NCBI GenBank assembly: GCA_027038505.1
Contig: JALVWC010000013.1
Span: 55,795-119,794 of the forward strand
Reading direction: 5' to 3'
DNA: 64,000 nucleotides
From: Nanobdellati archaeon
Lineage (GTDB): Archaea; EX4484-52; WAPT01
Shown here piece after piece: positions 19,806-30,881 of the stretch. The notes below the pieces were generated by a model. It was given only the letters and a program-made list of their open reading frames with translations. It searched no databases and was not told the DNA's origin. A program made the translations under genes and the position numbers. Position 1 is the first letter of the stretch, and each line of letters begins with the position of its first letter.

Positions 19806-20414
19806 TCATCTTGAACTTGCGGCCTCCTTTTCCCGCCTTACCCTCTCCTCGTATGCATAGCTTTTTGAAGGATCCTTGTTGTAAGCACCGAGAATCTCCT
19901 CTGCCAGAGCTTCAGCAGCACTCTTTTTGTTGTTGAAGCACTTCTGATATGTGCCCTGCGCTATGTGTCTCAGGGCGAGATCCACCCTCCTTTGGGGCGA
20001 GGTTACAACTGGCTCTCTCACAAATATACCTCCCTTCTGGTAAGTTATGACTTCTTCCAGCGGGGCAGCATTTTCTATCGCTTTAACGAGAATCTGTATG
20101 GGGTTCTGACCCGTTCTCTTGTGAATTATCTCGAACGTCTCATCAATAATGGCAAACACATTCAGAGTCTTTCCAACACAGTGACCGCTTGTGTACTTGT
20201 GTTTCTTACCCTTGTGACCCGGTACAAAAAGTTTGTTCGCAAGTCTCTCCACTATATTCATTTTGGACTTGTAAAACTGCTGTTTGGCATACCTTCCTCC
20301 ACTTTTGGGATATATCATTGGCTTCAGGTTTATGTAAGCCTCAAGCCCCTTATCATCCACCCTGACTTCCCTGAAACTCCACTTGTTGAAGAGCTTGATA
20401 TCCGCTCCAGCCAT
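19806..20414 (-). CDS. rps7: ribosomal protein S7 (uS7)
   Basis: 202 aa. Conserved uS7 sequence. Last gene of the rpo-S12-S7 block. Confidence 0.9.
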   Translation of the reverse strand: MAGADIKLFNKWSFREVRVDDKGLEAYINLKPMIYPKSGGRYAKQQFYKSKMNIVERLANKLFVPGHKGKKHKYTSGHCVGKTLNVFAIIDETFEIIHKRTGQNPIQILVKAIENAAPLEEVITYQKGGIFVREPVVTSPQRRVDLALRHIAQGTYQKCFNNKKSAAEALAEEILGAYNKDPSKSYAYEERVRREKEAASSR

Positions 20415-20431
20415 ATTCCCTCACACCGTTA

Positions 20432-20860
20432 TTATCTAGTTGTTCTCTTCTTTCTACCCCTCACCAGCTCCTTGAGCGAGATGCCGTTGACCATGACGAC
20501 CTTCCACCTAACTCCAGAGAGATCTCCAAACTTCCTGCCCTTTGGCCCTCCGATGCCCTCCACTATCACCTCATCGTGCTCCTGAATGTGATTTATTGCT
20601 CCGTCCATCGGACAGTATGCGGTTATCTGCTTACCATTTTTTATGAGCTGTACCCTGACACACTTCCTCATACCCGAGTAGGGCTGCTTAGCCTCTATCA
20701 TACGCTTCTCAAGTACTATACCCTTTGCCTGAGGCGCCCCCTCCAGAGGATCTGCTTTCTCCTTCAATCTAAGAACTCTTCTCTTGTAATACGGATCATG
20801 CCATTTGTTCTCTTTCTCCTTTCGTATAATGTTCCTTGCCGCATAAAGGCCGTTCGCCAT
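20432..20860 (-). CDS. rps12: ribosomal protein S12 (uS12)
   Basis: [16 protein letters not shown]...[40 protein letters not shown] chose the start at MANGLY. The track ORF starts 5 codons upstream. Confidence 0.9.
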   Translation of the reverse strand: MANGLYAARNIIRKEKENKWHDPYYKRRVLRLKEKADPLEGAPQAKGIVLEKRMIEAKQPYSGMRKCVRVQLIKNGKQITAYCPMDGAINHIQEHDEVIVEGIGGPKGRKFGDLSGVRWKVVMVNGISLKELVRGRKKRTTR

Positions 20861-20917
20861 ACCACCACACCACATAAACTCATGTTTTTCGGATTGATGC
20901 GCTAAGGTTTTTGAACT

Positions 20918-21343
20918 TCATTTAAGCTTCACGTCATCAACATCGAACTGTCTCTTTAAAAACTCCTTGATGGCCTTTATATTTTTGCCCTCTCTCCCGA
21001 TAATTATGGGCCTATCCTTCGGGTTTACCTCAACCTTTACAATTATCTTGCCATCATTTTTTAAAATTTTCGTGCTCTTGACATCCACCAGCATCAAATT
21101 CCTTAGAAATGTCTCGAGGTCATCAGCGTGTCTGAAGACTTTCACCCTCTTACCCAATAGGTTTTCTATCCGTCTTATCTTTTCACCCTTCTTACCGATA
21201 ACATTGGATATCCTGCCCTTTATAACGAAGTAAGCAACATCCCCAAAATCAAGATAATCCACCACCTCTGTTCTGGTCAGCTTCTCAAATGCTGAGATAG
21301 TTAGCAGGTCCTCGGTCGTATATCTCACTTTTACTGCGGTCAT
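20918..21343 (-). CDS. nusA: transcription termination/antitermination factor NusA (archaeal, two KH domains)
   Basis: KH motifs VIGKKGEKIRRIENLLGKRVKV and IIGREGKNIKAIKEFLKRQFDV. Confidence 0.85.
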   Translation of the reverse strand: MTAVKVRYTTEDLLTISAFEKLTRTEVVDYLDFGDVAYFVIKGRISNVIGKKGEKIRRIENLLGKRVKVFRHADDLETFLRNLMLVDVKSTKILKNDGKIIVKVEVNPKDRPIIIGREGKNIKAIKEFLKRQFDVDDVKLK

Positions 21344-21353
21344 TATGATCCCT

Positions 21354-21638
21354 TTACTTCTTTTTTATGTTCTTCATTATGCCGAGCACAGAGACTCCAA
21401 AGGGCTTCTGACAGAGAGCGCCGAGCTCCCTATTATCTTCTTGGAACTCTATGAATTCCGCTCCGGCAAGCTCAGCGTAGTACTTAATTCTTGATTTCTC
21501 TCCATCCGGATAGTTATAAGCCACAACAACCTTCGTGATGTTTCCTTTCTTGAGCTCCTTAATGGTGCGTTCTGCGCCAATCATCGCTTTACCAGATTTG
21601 ACAGCGTCCACTATTAATTGTTCGATATCGCTCGGCAT
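21354..21638 (-). CDS. rpl30e: ribosomal protein L30e
   Basis: 94 aa L7Ae/L30e fold (VDAVKSGKAMIGAERTIKELKKGNITKVVVA). Conserved position between rpoA'' and nusA. Confidence 0.85.
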   Translation of the reverse strand: MPSDIEQLIVDAVKSGKAMIGAERTIKELKKGNITKVVVAYNYPDGEKSRIKYYAELAGAEFIEFQEDNRELGALCQKPFGVSVLGIMKNIKKK

Positions 21639-21644
21639 ACTTCA

Positions 21645-22817
21645 TCACTCTCCATCTTCCTTGAGTCCAAGTCTGAACATGCCCGTTCCGATGGGCGGAA
21701 GGTTACCCACTATCACGTTGGCAAAGATGCTCTTCAGATCGTCCACTTCTCCCTTGGCGGCAGCATTGGTCAGGTGCTTTATCGTTTCTTCAAAATTGGC
21801 CTTAGCGAGCACCGATGCTTTCTCTCCAGCGATACCGTATCTGCCTATGGGCTTGACCACACCCGAAAAAGTCATAATATCTGCAATTAGCATTACGTGC
21901 CTCTCATCCGTATCAACACCCTGCTCCCTCAAAGTTTTTAAAGTTTCCTCTACGATGAGGTTTCTCGCGGCCTCAACACCGAGGACCTTCATGACCTCGA
22001 AAATGTGATTGGATTTTGTTCTTCTTGGATCAACACCATCCATAGTCAGAACCTTCTTCAAGTTTGTGCCAAGCGTCCTGATTATCCAGTCATCTTCGTC
22101 TTTCTCAACTATGACTTGTGTTATTCCTTTTATGCCTTTGATGTGAATTGTCCTGGCTTTAATCCTTATGGTTTGAAGATCCCTTAAATTAACCTCGCCT
22201 TTTTTTGATTCAAGTGATATTTTGTTTTTATCCTCCACCTTAACATCCACATTTCTCAAATTTTTCTTGAGTATCCTTGCCACCTCCTCTGCTGTCATAT
22301 TTATTTCAGCGAGCTTGTTCTCATCGAGAACTATCTCCACCTTCATCTCCATGAGGTTAAGGGAGTCTTCCTTCATTATCTGCTCGAGGTTGGTCTCCCT
22401 GATCTCGGCTGCTATCTTTCTTGCAGCTTCTTTATTGTTGTGTTCCTCATCAAGGTAGATTGTCATTGAAGGTGTGGAAGGCACTTTCCTTGCATCAAAA
22501 ATCTCTATGAGCCTCGGCAGACCCTTGGTTGTGACGAGCTGAACTCTACCTTCAGCGTGATATGCTCTCAGCGTTGTCTGAGTTGCCGGCTCGGAGATGG
22601 AGTGAGCCGCCACCATTCCTATAGCCTCTCCAATATCATAGAGCATCTCAAAATAACGTTTCCTGAGCTTCTCCTGTTCTTCTGGAGGAAACCTGCTTAT
22701 CTCTTCCTCATACTTCTTTGGGAGCCTGATGGATAGTACGGCCTTGTTGTTATCGGCCGTTACTTCAGATTTATTCATCTTCTCAGTACCCTTGTTCTTC
22801 TTCCCGGACGTCATCAT
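21645..22817 (-). CDS. rpoA2: DNA-directed RNA polymerase subunit A''
   Basis: 390 aa. Conserved Rpb1 C-terminal domains. Overlaps the rpoA' stop. Confidence 0.9.
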   Translation of the reverse strand: MMTSGKKNKGTEKMNKSEVTADNNKAVLSIRLPKKYEEEISRFPPEEQEKLRKRYFEMLYDIGEAIGMVAAHSISEPATQTTLRAYHAEGRVQLVTTKGLPRLIEIFDARKVPSTPSMTIYLDEEHNNKEAARKIAAEIRETNLEQIMKEDSLNLMEMKVEIVLDENKLAEINMTAEEVARILKKNLRNVDVKVEDKNKISLESKKGEVNLRDLQTIRIKARTIHIKGIKGITQVIVEKDEDDWIIRTLGTNLKKVLTMDGVDPRRTKSNHIFEVMKVLGVEAARNLIVEETLKTLREQGVDTDERHVMLIADIMTFSGVVKPIGRYGIAGEKASVLAKANFEETIKHLTNAAAKGEVDDLKSIFANVIVGNLPPIGTGMFRLGLKEDGE

Positions 22818-25312
22818 GCACCACCTATAAGCTTACCCCAGCTGCTCTTCGCGGGATCTATTCCATCTTCTCCGGGTATGAACTGCACGATACTGCCCGC
22901 AGCGTCCCTGACCGTCCAGTCGTGATCGACTCTCAAATCATGCAGGGCGTTCACAAGCCTCCTCTCCAAGTAACCAGAGACCCTGGTCTTGAGTGACGAA
23001 TCCATTATGCCCTCTCTACCTTTCATAACCTCGAAGAAAAACTCGATTGGATCGAGACCCTTTATAAAAGACGACTCAACAAACCCGTGGGCCTTCGGGC
23101 CGAGGTCTTCTCTCTTGAAGTGCGCAAGGGTCCTTCCCTTGAAGCCCCTGAAGGCCCTACCACCCCTTATCATCTCCTGGCCCACAAGCCCCGCCATGTA
23201 GGTCAGGTTCTGCAGACTACCTCTTGCGCCGGTCTTTGCCATGATCATCGCATCAGTCTCCTTGAAGTTTGCCTTTATTATTTCCTGGACCTCGTTCACA
23301 GCATTGAATAGCTCTGCCATGATAAGATCCTCTCTTGTCTCCTCAACGGTTCTACCCGGGTATGGTTCTATCTCCCCTTTGCGGTAGCGTTCTATTATTT
23401 CGTCTATCTTCTTGTAAGTCTTATCTACGATTTTTTTGATTTCCTTTTTGATGTTGGCGGGCAGATCAATGTCGGATACGGAAATTGTGAATCCTCTTAT
23501 CATGAGAGCGCGGATACACATCTTTGTCACTCTGTCGAGGAATTCCCTTGCAGCTTCATGTCCGTACTCCATATCTATCTTGTCAAGGAGCAGTCCCTTG
23601 AAGGGGGATATCGCCTTGCTGTCTATTGCCCCGCACACAAGACTGCCGTTTCTCACGACAACATAAGCATCATACTCGCAGTTCTCCTTCTTACACTCGC
23701 TGCACTTCTGGCAGCAAGCAGCCTTAAACTCTATGTTAAGGTCATCCGGCAGAAGCATGGAGAACAGTTCCTTGCCCTCGTACTCATCCTTATCGAGGTC
23801 AACATAAACACCTGCAGCAGCCAGGATCTGTGCCGCCTCCTCCCTGCTGAACTTGCTGCCTTTTTTTGTGAGAATATAAGCTCCGCTTATAAAGTCCTGC
23901 GTAGCACCGATTATAGGGCCGCCAAACCTCGGAGACCTTATGTTTTTCTCCACAAGCATTAACTCTTCCGCTTCAGCTCTTGCTTCGGCTGTCTGGGGAA
24001 CATGGAGGTTCATCTCATCTCCATCAAAGTCCGCGTTATAAGGCGGGCATGCCGCCAGATGAAGCCTGAATGTCTTTCCGGGCATAACCCTTACTCTGTG
24101 GGCCATGATGGACATTCTGTGAAGAGAAGGCTGTCTGTTGAAGAGAACTACATCCCCATCAAGCAGGTGTCTTTCAACTATGTATCCCTCAGCAAGCTCT
24201 TCAGCCAAATCTTCCTTGTTGTCTGGGAGTATTCTCTTTCTTGTTCCGTCCGGTCTTATTATATAATTCGCTCCGGGGTACTTATCGCTTCCATTCCTCA
24301 CAAGCTGCTTGAGGAATCCGATATTGTGAGACGTGACCTTTATGGGTATGGTCAGAGTCATTGCAACCTCCAAAGGGACACCGATATCATTAACACTGAT
24401 CAGTGGGTCGGGAGAGACAACACCCCTGGCGGAAAAATTAACCCTCTTGCCCGTCAGGTTGTGTCTAAATCTTCCTTCCTTAGTTTTTAGTCTCTGGGAA
24501 AGAGTCTTGAGCGGCCTGCCGCTCCTGTGCCTCGCCGGAGGCACGCCGCTGAGCTCGTTATTGAAATATGTGGCAACATGGTACTGGAGAAGTTCCCAGA
24601 GATCCTCTATTATGAACTGCGGAGCTCCGATTTCCAGATTTTCGGCAAGCCTCTGGTTTATCCTGACAATATCAACGAGCTTATGTGTGAGGTCATCCTC
24701 GCTTCTCTCGCCGGTTTCGAGAGTTATGGAAGGTCTTGCGGTTATCGGAGGCACAAGCAACAGCGTGAGCACCAACCACTCAGGCCTGCCTCCCTTCAGT
24801 CCAAGGGCCTGAGCATCCTCATCACTTATTTTTTCAAAATGCGCTCTTATTTCCTCGGGATTGAGCTGTTTTTCTCCCCTGTAGAAGTGGTATGGTTTTT
24901 CAAATTTCACCTTCTCTATCTTCGTACCGCAGTGCGGACACTGTTTTGGCACCTCCGCCTTGAGCCTATCCGCATCTGTCTTCACTTTAGACTTGTCAAC
25001 CAGTAGCTTTCCGCACTCCGGGCATGTCAGGCTTAGAAGTATTTTTATTTGCTTGAGATAAAGAACATTAAGTACGGGCTTTGCAAGCTCTATATACCCG
25101 AAGTGTCCCGGACATTCTCCGAACCTTCCACCGCAGGTTCTGCACCTTATGCCGGGGTCCACCACTCCGAGCCTGGGATCCGTCACACCATCTTTCACAG
25201 GATAGGCGTCAGCGTCATAGACCTCGGAAGTGGTCACTTTCATTACAGCGAGTTTCTTTACGTCCTGGGGGGACATGATCTCGAACTTTATGGCCTTTAT
25301 GACCTTACTCAT
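22814..25312 (-). CDS. rpoA1: DNA-directed RNA polymerase subunit A'
   Basis: 832 aa. Zinc ribbon CRTCGGRFGECPGHFG. NADFDGDEMN catalytic motif. Confidence 0.95.
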   Translation of the reverse strand: MSKVIKAIKFEIMSPQDVKKLAVMKVTTSEVYDADAYPVKDGVTDPRLGVVDPGIRCRTCGGRFGECPGHFGYIELAKPVLNVLYLKQIKILLSLTCPECGKLLVDKSKVKTDADRLKAEVPKQCPHCGTKIEKVKFEKPYHFYRGEKQLNPEEIRAHFEKISDEDAQALGLKGGRPEWLVLTLLLVPPITARPSITLETGERSEDDLTHKLVDIVRINQRLAENLEIGAPQFIIEDLWELLQYHVATYFNNELSGVPPARHRSGRPLKTLSQRLKTKEGRFRHNLTGKRVNFSARGVVSPDPLISVNDIGVPLEVAMTLTIPIKVTSHNIGFLKQLVRNGSDKYPGANYIIRPDGTRKRILPDNKEDLAEELAEGYIVERHLLDGDVVLFNRQPSLHRMSIMAHRVRVMPGKTFRLHLAACPPYNADFDGDEMNLHVPQTAEARAEAEELMLVEKNIRSPRFGGPIIGATQDFISGAYILTKKGSKFSREEAAQILAAAGVYVDLDKDEYEGKELFSMLLPDDLNIEFKAACCQKCSECKKENCEYDAYVVVRNGSLVCGAIDSKAISPFKGLLLDKIDMEYGHEAAREFLDRVTKMCIRALMIRGFTISVSDIDLPANIKKEIKKIVDKTYKKIDEIIERYRKGEIEPYPGRTVEETREDLIMAELFNAVNEVQEIIKANFKETDAMIMAKTGARGSLQNLTYMAGLVGQEMIRGGRAFRGFKGRTLAHFKREDLGPKAHGFVESSFIKGLDPIEFFFEVMKGREGIMDSSLKTRVSGYLERRLVNALHDLRVDHDWTVRDAAGSIVQFIPGEDGIDPAKSSWGKLIGGA

Positions 25313-25337
25313 GTGGCATCACACCCTCCTTCATATT

Positions 25338-28300
25338 TCATTCTTCCTCCTCACCGACCTTAAGTCTCGGGTTTATGTGCATCGCTCTCAGCTCATCAAG
25401 CAGCAGCTTGAATGCATAGCTTACCTCGGCCTCCTCCACGTTTTCGGACTTACACAACTGACATATCGGTCTGCCTTTTATGTAATCAAACATTGCTATG
25501 CTTCCGCAGTCCTTACACACATAGATCTTGGTGCGGTCGGAGCTGAACCTCTCCTTAAGTGTTATTGCCGCCCCGTGCGCTATGAGGCAGTCCTTCTCCA
25601 TCTCTCCAAACCTCAGACCGCCCTCCCTGCTTCTTCCTTCCGTGGGCTGCTTGGTGAGTAGGGTAACTGGGCCCCTTGCTCTTGCGTGTATCTTGTGTGA
25701 TGCTATGTGGTACAGCCTGAAGTAATGACCCACCCCTACGAGAATATGTGCCCCGTATTTCTTGCCGGTGACACCATCATACAGCACTTCCTTACCGTCA
25801 TACCTGAATCCGGCATTTTCTAAAGCCTTTATTATCATATCCTCGTTAGACTTGAAAACTGTACCGTTCACCCTCTCCCCCGCAAGAGCTGCGGCCTTAC
25901 CACCTATGATCTCAAGGAGCTGGCCAACGGTCATTCTGGAGGGAATGGCATGAGCATTTATTATGATATCTGGGGTTATACCATCCTTGGTGAATGGCAT
26001 GTCCTGCTCCGGAACTATGAGACCTATAACTCCCTTCTGCCCGTGTCTCGTTGCGAATTTGTCTCCGATTTCGGGCATTTTGGGTTCCCTAACCGTTACC
26101 TTTACAAGCCGATCACCCTCGTCGTTCTCAGTCACAACAACCTTATCCACTATGCCGTCCTCTCTCGGATTTACTGTCTCGGAGTTGTCTCTCACCGCTT
26201 TTATTCCCATCCTGACCTCCTTGAGAACTCCGAGGAACCTTATTGGAGAGATCTTACCCACAAGCACATCGTTGCCCTTAACCTCCGTCTCGGGAGGCAC
26301 GATTCCGTCCTCATCGAGATGTCTGTATGCAAAATCGCCCTTGAAACCTCTAACTGTCGGGTCGGGGATCCTTATCTCATCCTCCTGCCCTCCCCAGTAC
26401 CTCGTTGCCTCCGTTATGTATGTTCTGTAGAAGTATGACCTGCCCATTCCTCTTTCTATCGAAGCTTTGTTGACAATTAGTGCATCCTCCATATTATAAC
26501 CTTCAAAGGGCATTACGGCAATGACGAGATTCTGGCCAGTTGGATGCTCCTCCAGCCCTGCAAATTTTGAGGCATCGGATGCTATTATCGGAAGCTGCGG
26601 GTAAGCGAGGAGGTATGCTGATGTGTCTGTTCTTATGAGGTAGTTTTTCATGTAAAGCCCGAGGGACTGCACTATCATTCTCGTACCGTAGTTCAGCCTG
26701 TCACCCCTGTCCTTCTCCGCAAGCACAAGGAGGGAAGCGTCAACTCCGAGTATGAAAAGTGGATCAATCTCCAAGTGTGTGTGTTCCTCCGTAAGATCCT
26801 CTTCCCGGAGAGCGACATAAGCGTTTTCTTCCTCCTCAGCGTCGAGGTACTCAACTATTCCCTTTTCAACGAGATCCTTCCATGTTATCTCTCCCTTAAG
26901 GAGTTTCTCTTTCAGCTCATCCGTAAGTTTGGATTTTCCTTTCTCAACAACAATGAGGGGTCTCCTCGCCCTGCCGACATCGGTGTTTATGACAACCTCA
27001 TTCCTGTCAGCATAATATGCGACATTCATCTTCCTTGTTATGACACCCTTCCTCCTCTTCTCTCTCAGCATCTCGGCGAGCTTCTTGCCATCCGGGTGGT
27101 ATCCAATGAAGTTACCGTTAAGGTAAACCTCAGTTCCTACTATGTCTTTTTCATTAACACCGAGAGCATTCAGTGTGGAGATTATTTTGGTGTTTTCCAC
27201 CTCCGTGGCTTCTGTTGTTACCTCGGCGGCTATCGCAAGGAACTTCCTAAGCCCTATGTTCTGGCCTTCAGGCGTTCTTATGGCACATATCCTGCCCCAC
27301 TGAGTGGGATGGAGCTCTCTCGCTTCAAAATGTTCCTGTGCGGAGGATAAAGGTGAAACAACGCTTCTAAGATGGGCAACGCTTCTTATGAAGTTGCTTC
27401 TCTCGAGCCTCTGAGAGACTCCGGTTCTTCCACCAACCCAGTTTCCTGTGGCCATAGCTCTCATTATCTGCTTGGTGAAAACTTCAGAAACCACCGTGCT
27501 CTGCAGTTTCAGAAGCTTCCTGCCGCGCTTCATCATTTTCTGGTAGTTGTACTGCAGCCTCGCTATCAACCCCCATCTTCCAAGAATAACGGATCTGACT
27601 AGCATCTCCATGAGCTCGCCGACCATTCTGAGGCGCTTGTTTGCATAGTGATCTATGTCATCAGGCTCTATCTTGCCCCTTCTGAGCTTTATGAGTTTCC
27701 TCATCACCATGGCAAGGTATCTCGCCTTAATGAGCCTGCTTGCAGGGGTTGTTCCAAGATGCGGTAGGAAATAATTGTCAAGGAGGTGATAGACCCTCTC
27801 AGGTCTCTGCTCTTTTTGAGTTATTTTCATCTTTCTGCCAAGATAATCAACAGCATCATCCTTTCCATACACTTCAACACCATAAATGTTGAGGTACACA
27901 TCCTCCAGCTCGTCCTCCTCCGCATTTATGGCTTCGATTATATCCTTATCGCTGTCCATACCCAGAGCCTTTATCACCGCTATCAACGGGATGGGCTGCT
28001 GTACACCGGTAAGCCTTGTGGTTATTATCCCGTCCTTCTGCCTTTCGAATATGTGTTTTTGGACAAACCCCCTCCTTTCTGAGTTTATCCTAATAAAATA
28101 CTCTCCCTTCTTCTTCTGGAGTATCAACCTGTTGGGAGCTACCTCCTCAGAGATAACCACAACTCTCTCAGTACCGTTGATTATGAAATACCCGCCGGGA
28201 TCATCGGGATCCTCTCCGACCCTTATCAGCTCTTCCCTGCTCATCTTTGAAAGCGGGCAAAGAACGGACTTGACCATCACGGGGATTTCCCCTATTTCCA

Positions 28301-28631
28301 CAGTTTCGGTGTTGTACTCCACATCCTCGAAAATATGGGTCATCTCGACAAAAACTGGAGCAGCATAAGTTATGTTCCTTAGCCTCGCTTCGTGCGGAAG
28401 GATGGGCTCGATGTTCCCTCCGGGTTCTCTGACTTGCGGTTCTCCGACCATCACTTTACCCAGTTTGATGTAGAGCTCCTCTCCTGTTGGGAGCTCTATC
28501 GGAATCTTCCCTATCTCGTCGATTATTCCTTGCAGCCTTCTGGTGACGAAATCGTTATAAGATTCTATCTGGTGTCTGGCCAGCGCCCCATCCCTTGCGA
28601 GTTCGTCCAAAAAACTCTTGCCCAAGTTCAT
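25338..28631 (-). CDS. rpoB: DNA-directed RNA polymerase subunit B, unsplit (full-length 1097 aa)
   Basis: A single continuous ORF covers both the B'' and B' regions. C-terminal zinc ribbon [22 protein letters not shown]. Confidence 0.95.
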   Translation of the reverse strand: MNLGKSFLDELARDGALARHQIESYNDFVTRRLQGIIDEIGKIPIELPTGEELYIKLGKVMVGEPQVREPGGNIEPILPHEARLRNITYAAPVFVEMTHIFEDVEYNTETVEIGEIPVMVKSVLCPLSKMSREELIRVGEDPDDPGGYFIINGTERVVVISEEVAPNRLILQKKKGEYFIRINSERRGFVQKHIFERQKDGIITTRLTGVQQPIPLIAVIKALGMDSDKDIIEAINAEEDELEDVYLNIYGVEVYGKDDAVDYLGRKMKITQKEQRPERVYHLLDNYFLPHLGTTPASRLIKARYLAMVMRKLIKLRRGKIEPDDIDHYANKRLRMVGELMEMLVRSVILGRWGLIARLQYNYQKMMKRGRKLLKLQSTVVSEVFTKQIMRAMATGNWVGGRTGVSQRLERSNFIRSVAHLRSVVSPLSSAQEHFEARELHPTQWGRICAIRTPEGQNIGLRKFLAIAAEVTTEATEVENTKIISTLNALGVNEKDIVGTEVYLNGNFIGYHPDGKKLAEMLREKRRKGVITRKMNVAYYADRNEVVINTDVGRARRPLIVVEKGKSKLTDELKEKLLKGEITWKDLVEKGIVEYLDAEEEENAYVALREEDLTEEHTHLEIDPLFILGVDASLLVLAEKDRGDRLNYGTRMIVQSLGLYMKNYLIRTDTSAYLLAYPQLPIIASDASKFAGLEEHPTGQNLVIAVMPFEGYNMEDALIVNKASIERGMGRSYFYRTYITEATRYWGGQEDEIRIPDPTVRGFKGDFAYRHLDEDGIVPPETEVKGNDVLVGKISPIRFLGVLKEVRMGIKAVRDNSETVNPREDGIVDKVVVTENDEGDRLVKVTVREPKMPEIGDKFATRHGQKGVIGLIVPEQDMPFTKDGITPDIIINAHAIPSRMTVGQLLEIIGGKAAALAGERVNGTVFKSNEDMIIKALENAGFRYDGKEVLYDGVTGKKYGAHILVGVGHYFRLYHIASHKIHARARGPVTLLTKQPTEGRSREGGLRFGEMEKDCLIAHGAAITLKERFSSDRTKIYVCKDCGSIAMFDYIKGRPICQLCKSENVEEAEVSYAFKLLLDELRAMHINPRLKVGEEEE

Positions 28632-28879
28632 CCCTTAACCACCACTCTATAATATATTGATTCCCCGGCCGTCGGGCTCTTCCTCGTTATCTTTATTACA
28701 TCACCCGGCTTTGCCCCAAGAATCTTGGCAACGGGATCGGAAACATAAATCCTGGGCAGTTGTTTTTTGCTTATCCCGGGTTTTTCCAAAAGCTCTTGGG
28801 CTTCTTCCTCACTGAGAATCTCATGCTTCGGAACGAGTTCATGATTCAGGATGATCTCCTTCTTAATGTCAACCACCAT
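28628..28879 (-). CDS. rpoH: DNA-directed RNA polymerase subunit H (Rpb5-like)
   Basis: [31 protein letters not shown]... I chose the start at the internal ATG at 28879. The longer track ORF (to 28999) would run into tRNA-Lys. ATGA overlap with the rpoB start. Confidence 0.8.
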   Translation of the reverse strand: MVVDIKKEIILNHELVPKHEILSEEEAQELLEKPGISKKQLPRIYVSDPVAKILGAKPGDVIKITRKSPTAGESIYYRVVVKG

Positions 28880-28942
28880 TGGGCAGTTATCTGGGTTGGA
28901 CAGGACGGGAGGGCAAGTATTTATTATTATAGGGGTGTTAAG

Positions 28943-29080
28943 TGGTGGGCCCGACGGGATTTGAACCCGCGACTCCCGGGTGTCTTCCGCTCCTGCCATA
29001 CGGCAGGGAGGGCAGTCTGGTTAAAAGCTTCGCCCTCCTCGTTAAGAGCCCGGCGCTCTACCAGACTGAGCTACGGGCCC
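28943..29080 (-). tRNA. tRNA-Lys (anticodon CUU) with a ~62-nt anticodon-loop intron, CCA encoded
   Basis: Reverse complement GGGCCCG-TA-GCTC-AGTCTGGTA-GAGC-G-CCGGG-CUCUUAA-[intron]-CCCGG-GAGTC-GCGGG-TTCAAAT-CCCGT-CGGGCCC-A-CCA. 138 nt versus about 76 nt mature. Confidence 0.8.
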
Positions 29081-29366
29081 ACCGGATAAGCGGCAAGTGA
29101 TATTGTTTATTTGATGGTGAACATGATATGTGGGTTAGATTTTTAATACTTTGTGCATGACCAAGAACCTTACACCCTCATCATATCATACCTCAAATTT
29201 ATAAACTTTATGGTTGGGTTGTTTGGAAAATCTGATGATGTGAGAGACAGGATATGAGATATGCTATCCCTTTTGTGGAACAGATGATAACAAAAAATGC
29301 ATAGCCGCCCAAAACATTATTGAACAGCTTGTTGAAACGCCCTTATGTTCAATCTCGATTTATTTT

Positions 29367-29681
29367 TTATTTTTGGTCCACTCTCATCCATTTCTTTATT
29401 TCCTCGGGAATATTTGGAGGGAGCTCAAGTCCCTTCTCCAGCAGTCTCTCGAGACACCGTGCCATTAGCATTGGTGCAAGCACATTTATGGTTCTGTATT
29501 TTTTCATCAATTTTTCTATGATCCTCTCATCTGAAACGCTCAACACATTTCCCTCATTGTCTATCTCTATACCATCAACCTCCTTGGCCAAAGTAACAGC
29601 GGCTTTACCCATAATTTTTCGCATACCGTACACTATCTCACGTGCCGCATATAAATAACACACATCTACCAAAGCGGTCAC
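29367..29681 (-). CDS. hypothetical protein, 104 aa, co-oriented immediately upstream of the V4R-domain gene
   Basis: ORF with no recognisable motif. 19-nt gap to the V4R gene on the same strand. Confidence 0.35.
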   Translation of the reverse strand: MTALVDVCYLYAAREIVYGMRKIMGKAAVTLAKEVDGIEIDNEGNVLSVSDERIIEKLMKKYRTINVLAPMLMARCLERLLEKGLELPPNIPEEIKKWMRVDQK

Positions 29682-29700
29682 CTCGTTGTTTACTTCATAT

Positions 29701-30123
29701 TTATTCTTTCTTTATGGTGATTTTGCACTTTTCTCCAGGGATGAGATCCGGAGTTATCGAGAGCAGGGCGCCTCTTATTTCTCGCAGCATACCCGCCACT
29801 ATTCCCCCCACCGGACAAGCTGTTTTTCGAATGGGATATCCACCCACCTTCTTTGGGCACACATTGCAGCCCTTTATCTCAACTTCCACACCATCATCGG
29901 TTTCAACTATCCTTATGTCGTCTGCAATTTTAAATTCCTCCCCCAGCTTGTCAAATATTTCTTGAGTTGTGCTGTTCTCGTTTATGCCCCGTGCCTTCAG
30001 CTCTTTGGCAATCTCTGTACCGATGCTGGCCCCGATAATGTTAACTATATCCTGCGCACCGCTCGGAAAGGTATTGTCTATACCAGCACACATCCCAATC
30101 AAAACACGATATATCATCTTCAT
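29701..30123 (-). CDS. V4R (4-vinyl reductase) domain protein
   Basis: C-terminal GCNVCPKKVGGYPIRKTACPVGGIVAGMLRE matches the cysteine-containing V4R small-molecule-binding domain signature. Confidence 0.55.
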   Translation of the reverse strand: MKMIYRVLIGMCAGIDNTFPSGAQDIVNIIGASIGTEIAKELKARGINENSTTQEIFDKLGEEFKIADDIRIVETDDGVEVEIKGCNVCPKKVGGYPIRKTACPVGGIVAGMLREIRGALLSITPDLIPGEKCKITIKKE

Positions 30124-30881
30124 TTAGATCACCCCACAAAATTGTTATCAGAGATTTTTAATTTGGCTTATCGACCGTTTGAAAGAGAGTTTGCTTCAGG
30201 TTCAATCCATTATTTTCCAGTACACTATTTTCATTACTATGGCAATACTATATATTTTTTTCGTTTTCTATACGGGAGCCATTCAAACAAGGAAAGAAAA
30301 CACCACGAGAATGCAAGTTCGGGTGAGACGCCTTCCTGTGGAGATTCAACACAACATACCTCCCACTAAGACGCAAAGATAGAAAGCCTGTAACGGTATT
30401 TTACCGGAATGGTTATTTAAATCGGTATCGATCGCGGGCCGGTGTCGAATTTTTCGAGGATAAGGATGTTATAATGGGGTGTGGAAGATTGTTCAGCAGG
30501 AATATCAACACCCCGTCCGAGTTTCATACGGATAATAAATGCGATCGATGAAATTGTGAGATTTAGCGGGATTGTACAGCCTCATTAACATTTATATATG
30601 CACACGAGTTATCAGTGTTTATTATAGAGAGGGTGGCTTATGAGAAAAGGAGAAGGAAAAGCTCAAGGAGTCGTTCACGAGAACCACGGATATACTGATA
30701 AAGCTCAAGCGCCAGATCCTCGAGTTCCAGAAGAAAATTAAGGAGTAAGGGCAGATTTTGAAACTAAAAAATTTTAAAATACAATCCACATAGGTACTTC
30801 TTGGAAGCGGGCGGTATGGGGGAGGTTCGGAGAAGTTATTCCGATATCCCGATGTTGCCTGCAACTGCTCAGTTTTGAAGC

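Noticed and set aside
25950-28368. Several 100-160-aa ORFs on the + strand (e.g. 25950..26438, 25963..26430, 27886..28368)
   Set aside because: These are shadow ORFs antisense to rpoB with Ser/Leu-rich low-complexity translations. The same applies to + strand ORFs inside rpoA', cdc48, AOR and thrS.
28880-28999. N-terminal 40-codon extension of the rpoH ORF
   Set aside because: It would run into the tRNA-Lys gene. The internal Met at 28879 gives a normal-length RpoH.
29230-29320. TGATGA sequence in the tRNA-Lys / V4R spacer as a C box
   Set aside because: No CUGA D' or D boxes lie at the right spacing on either strand.
30640-30741. 33-aa ORF MRKGEGKAQGVVHENHGYTDKAQAPDPRVPEEN in the long spacer
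   Set aside because: It is too short and has no conservation or motif evidence. It is mentioned only within the spacer finding.
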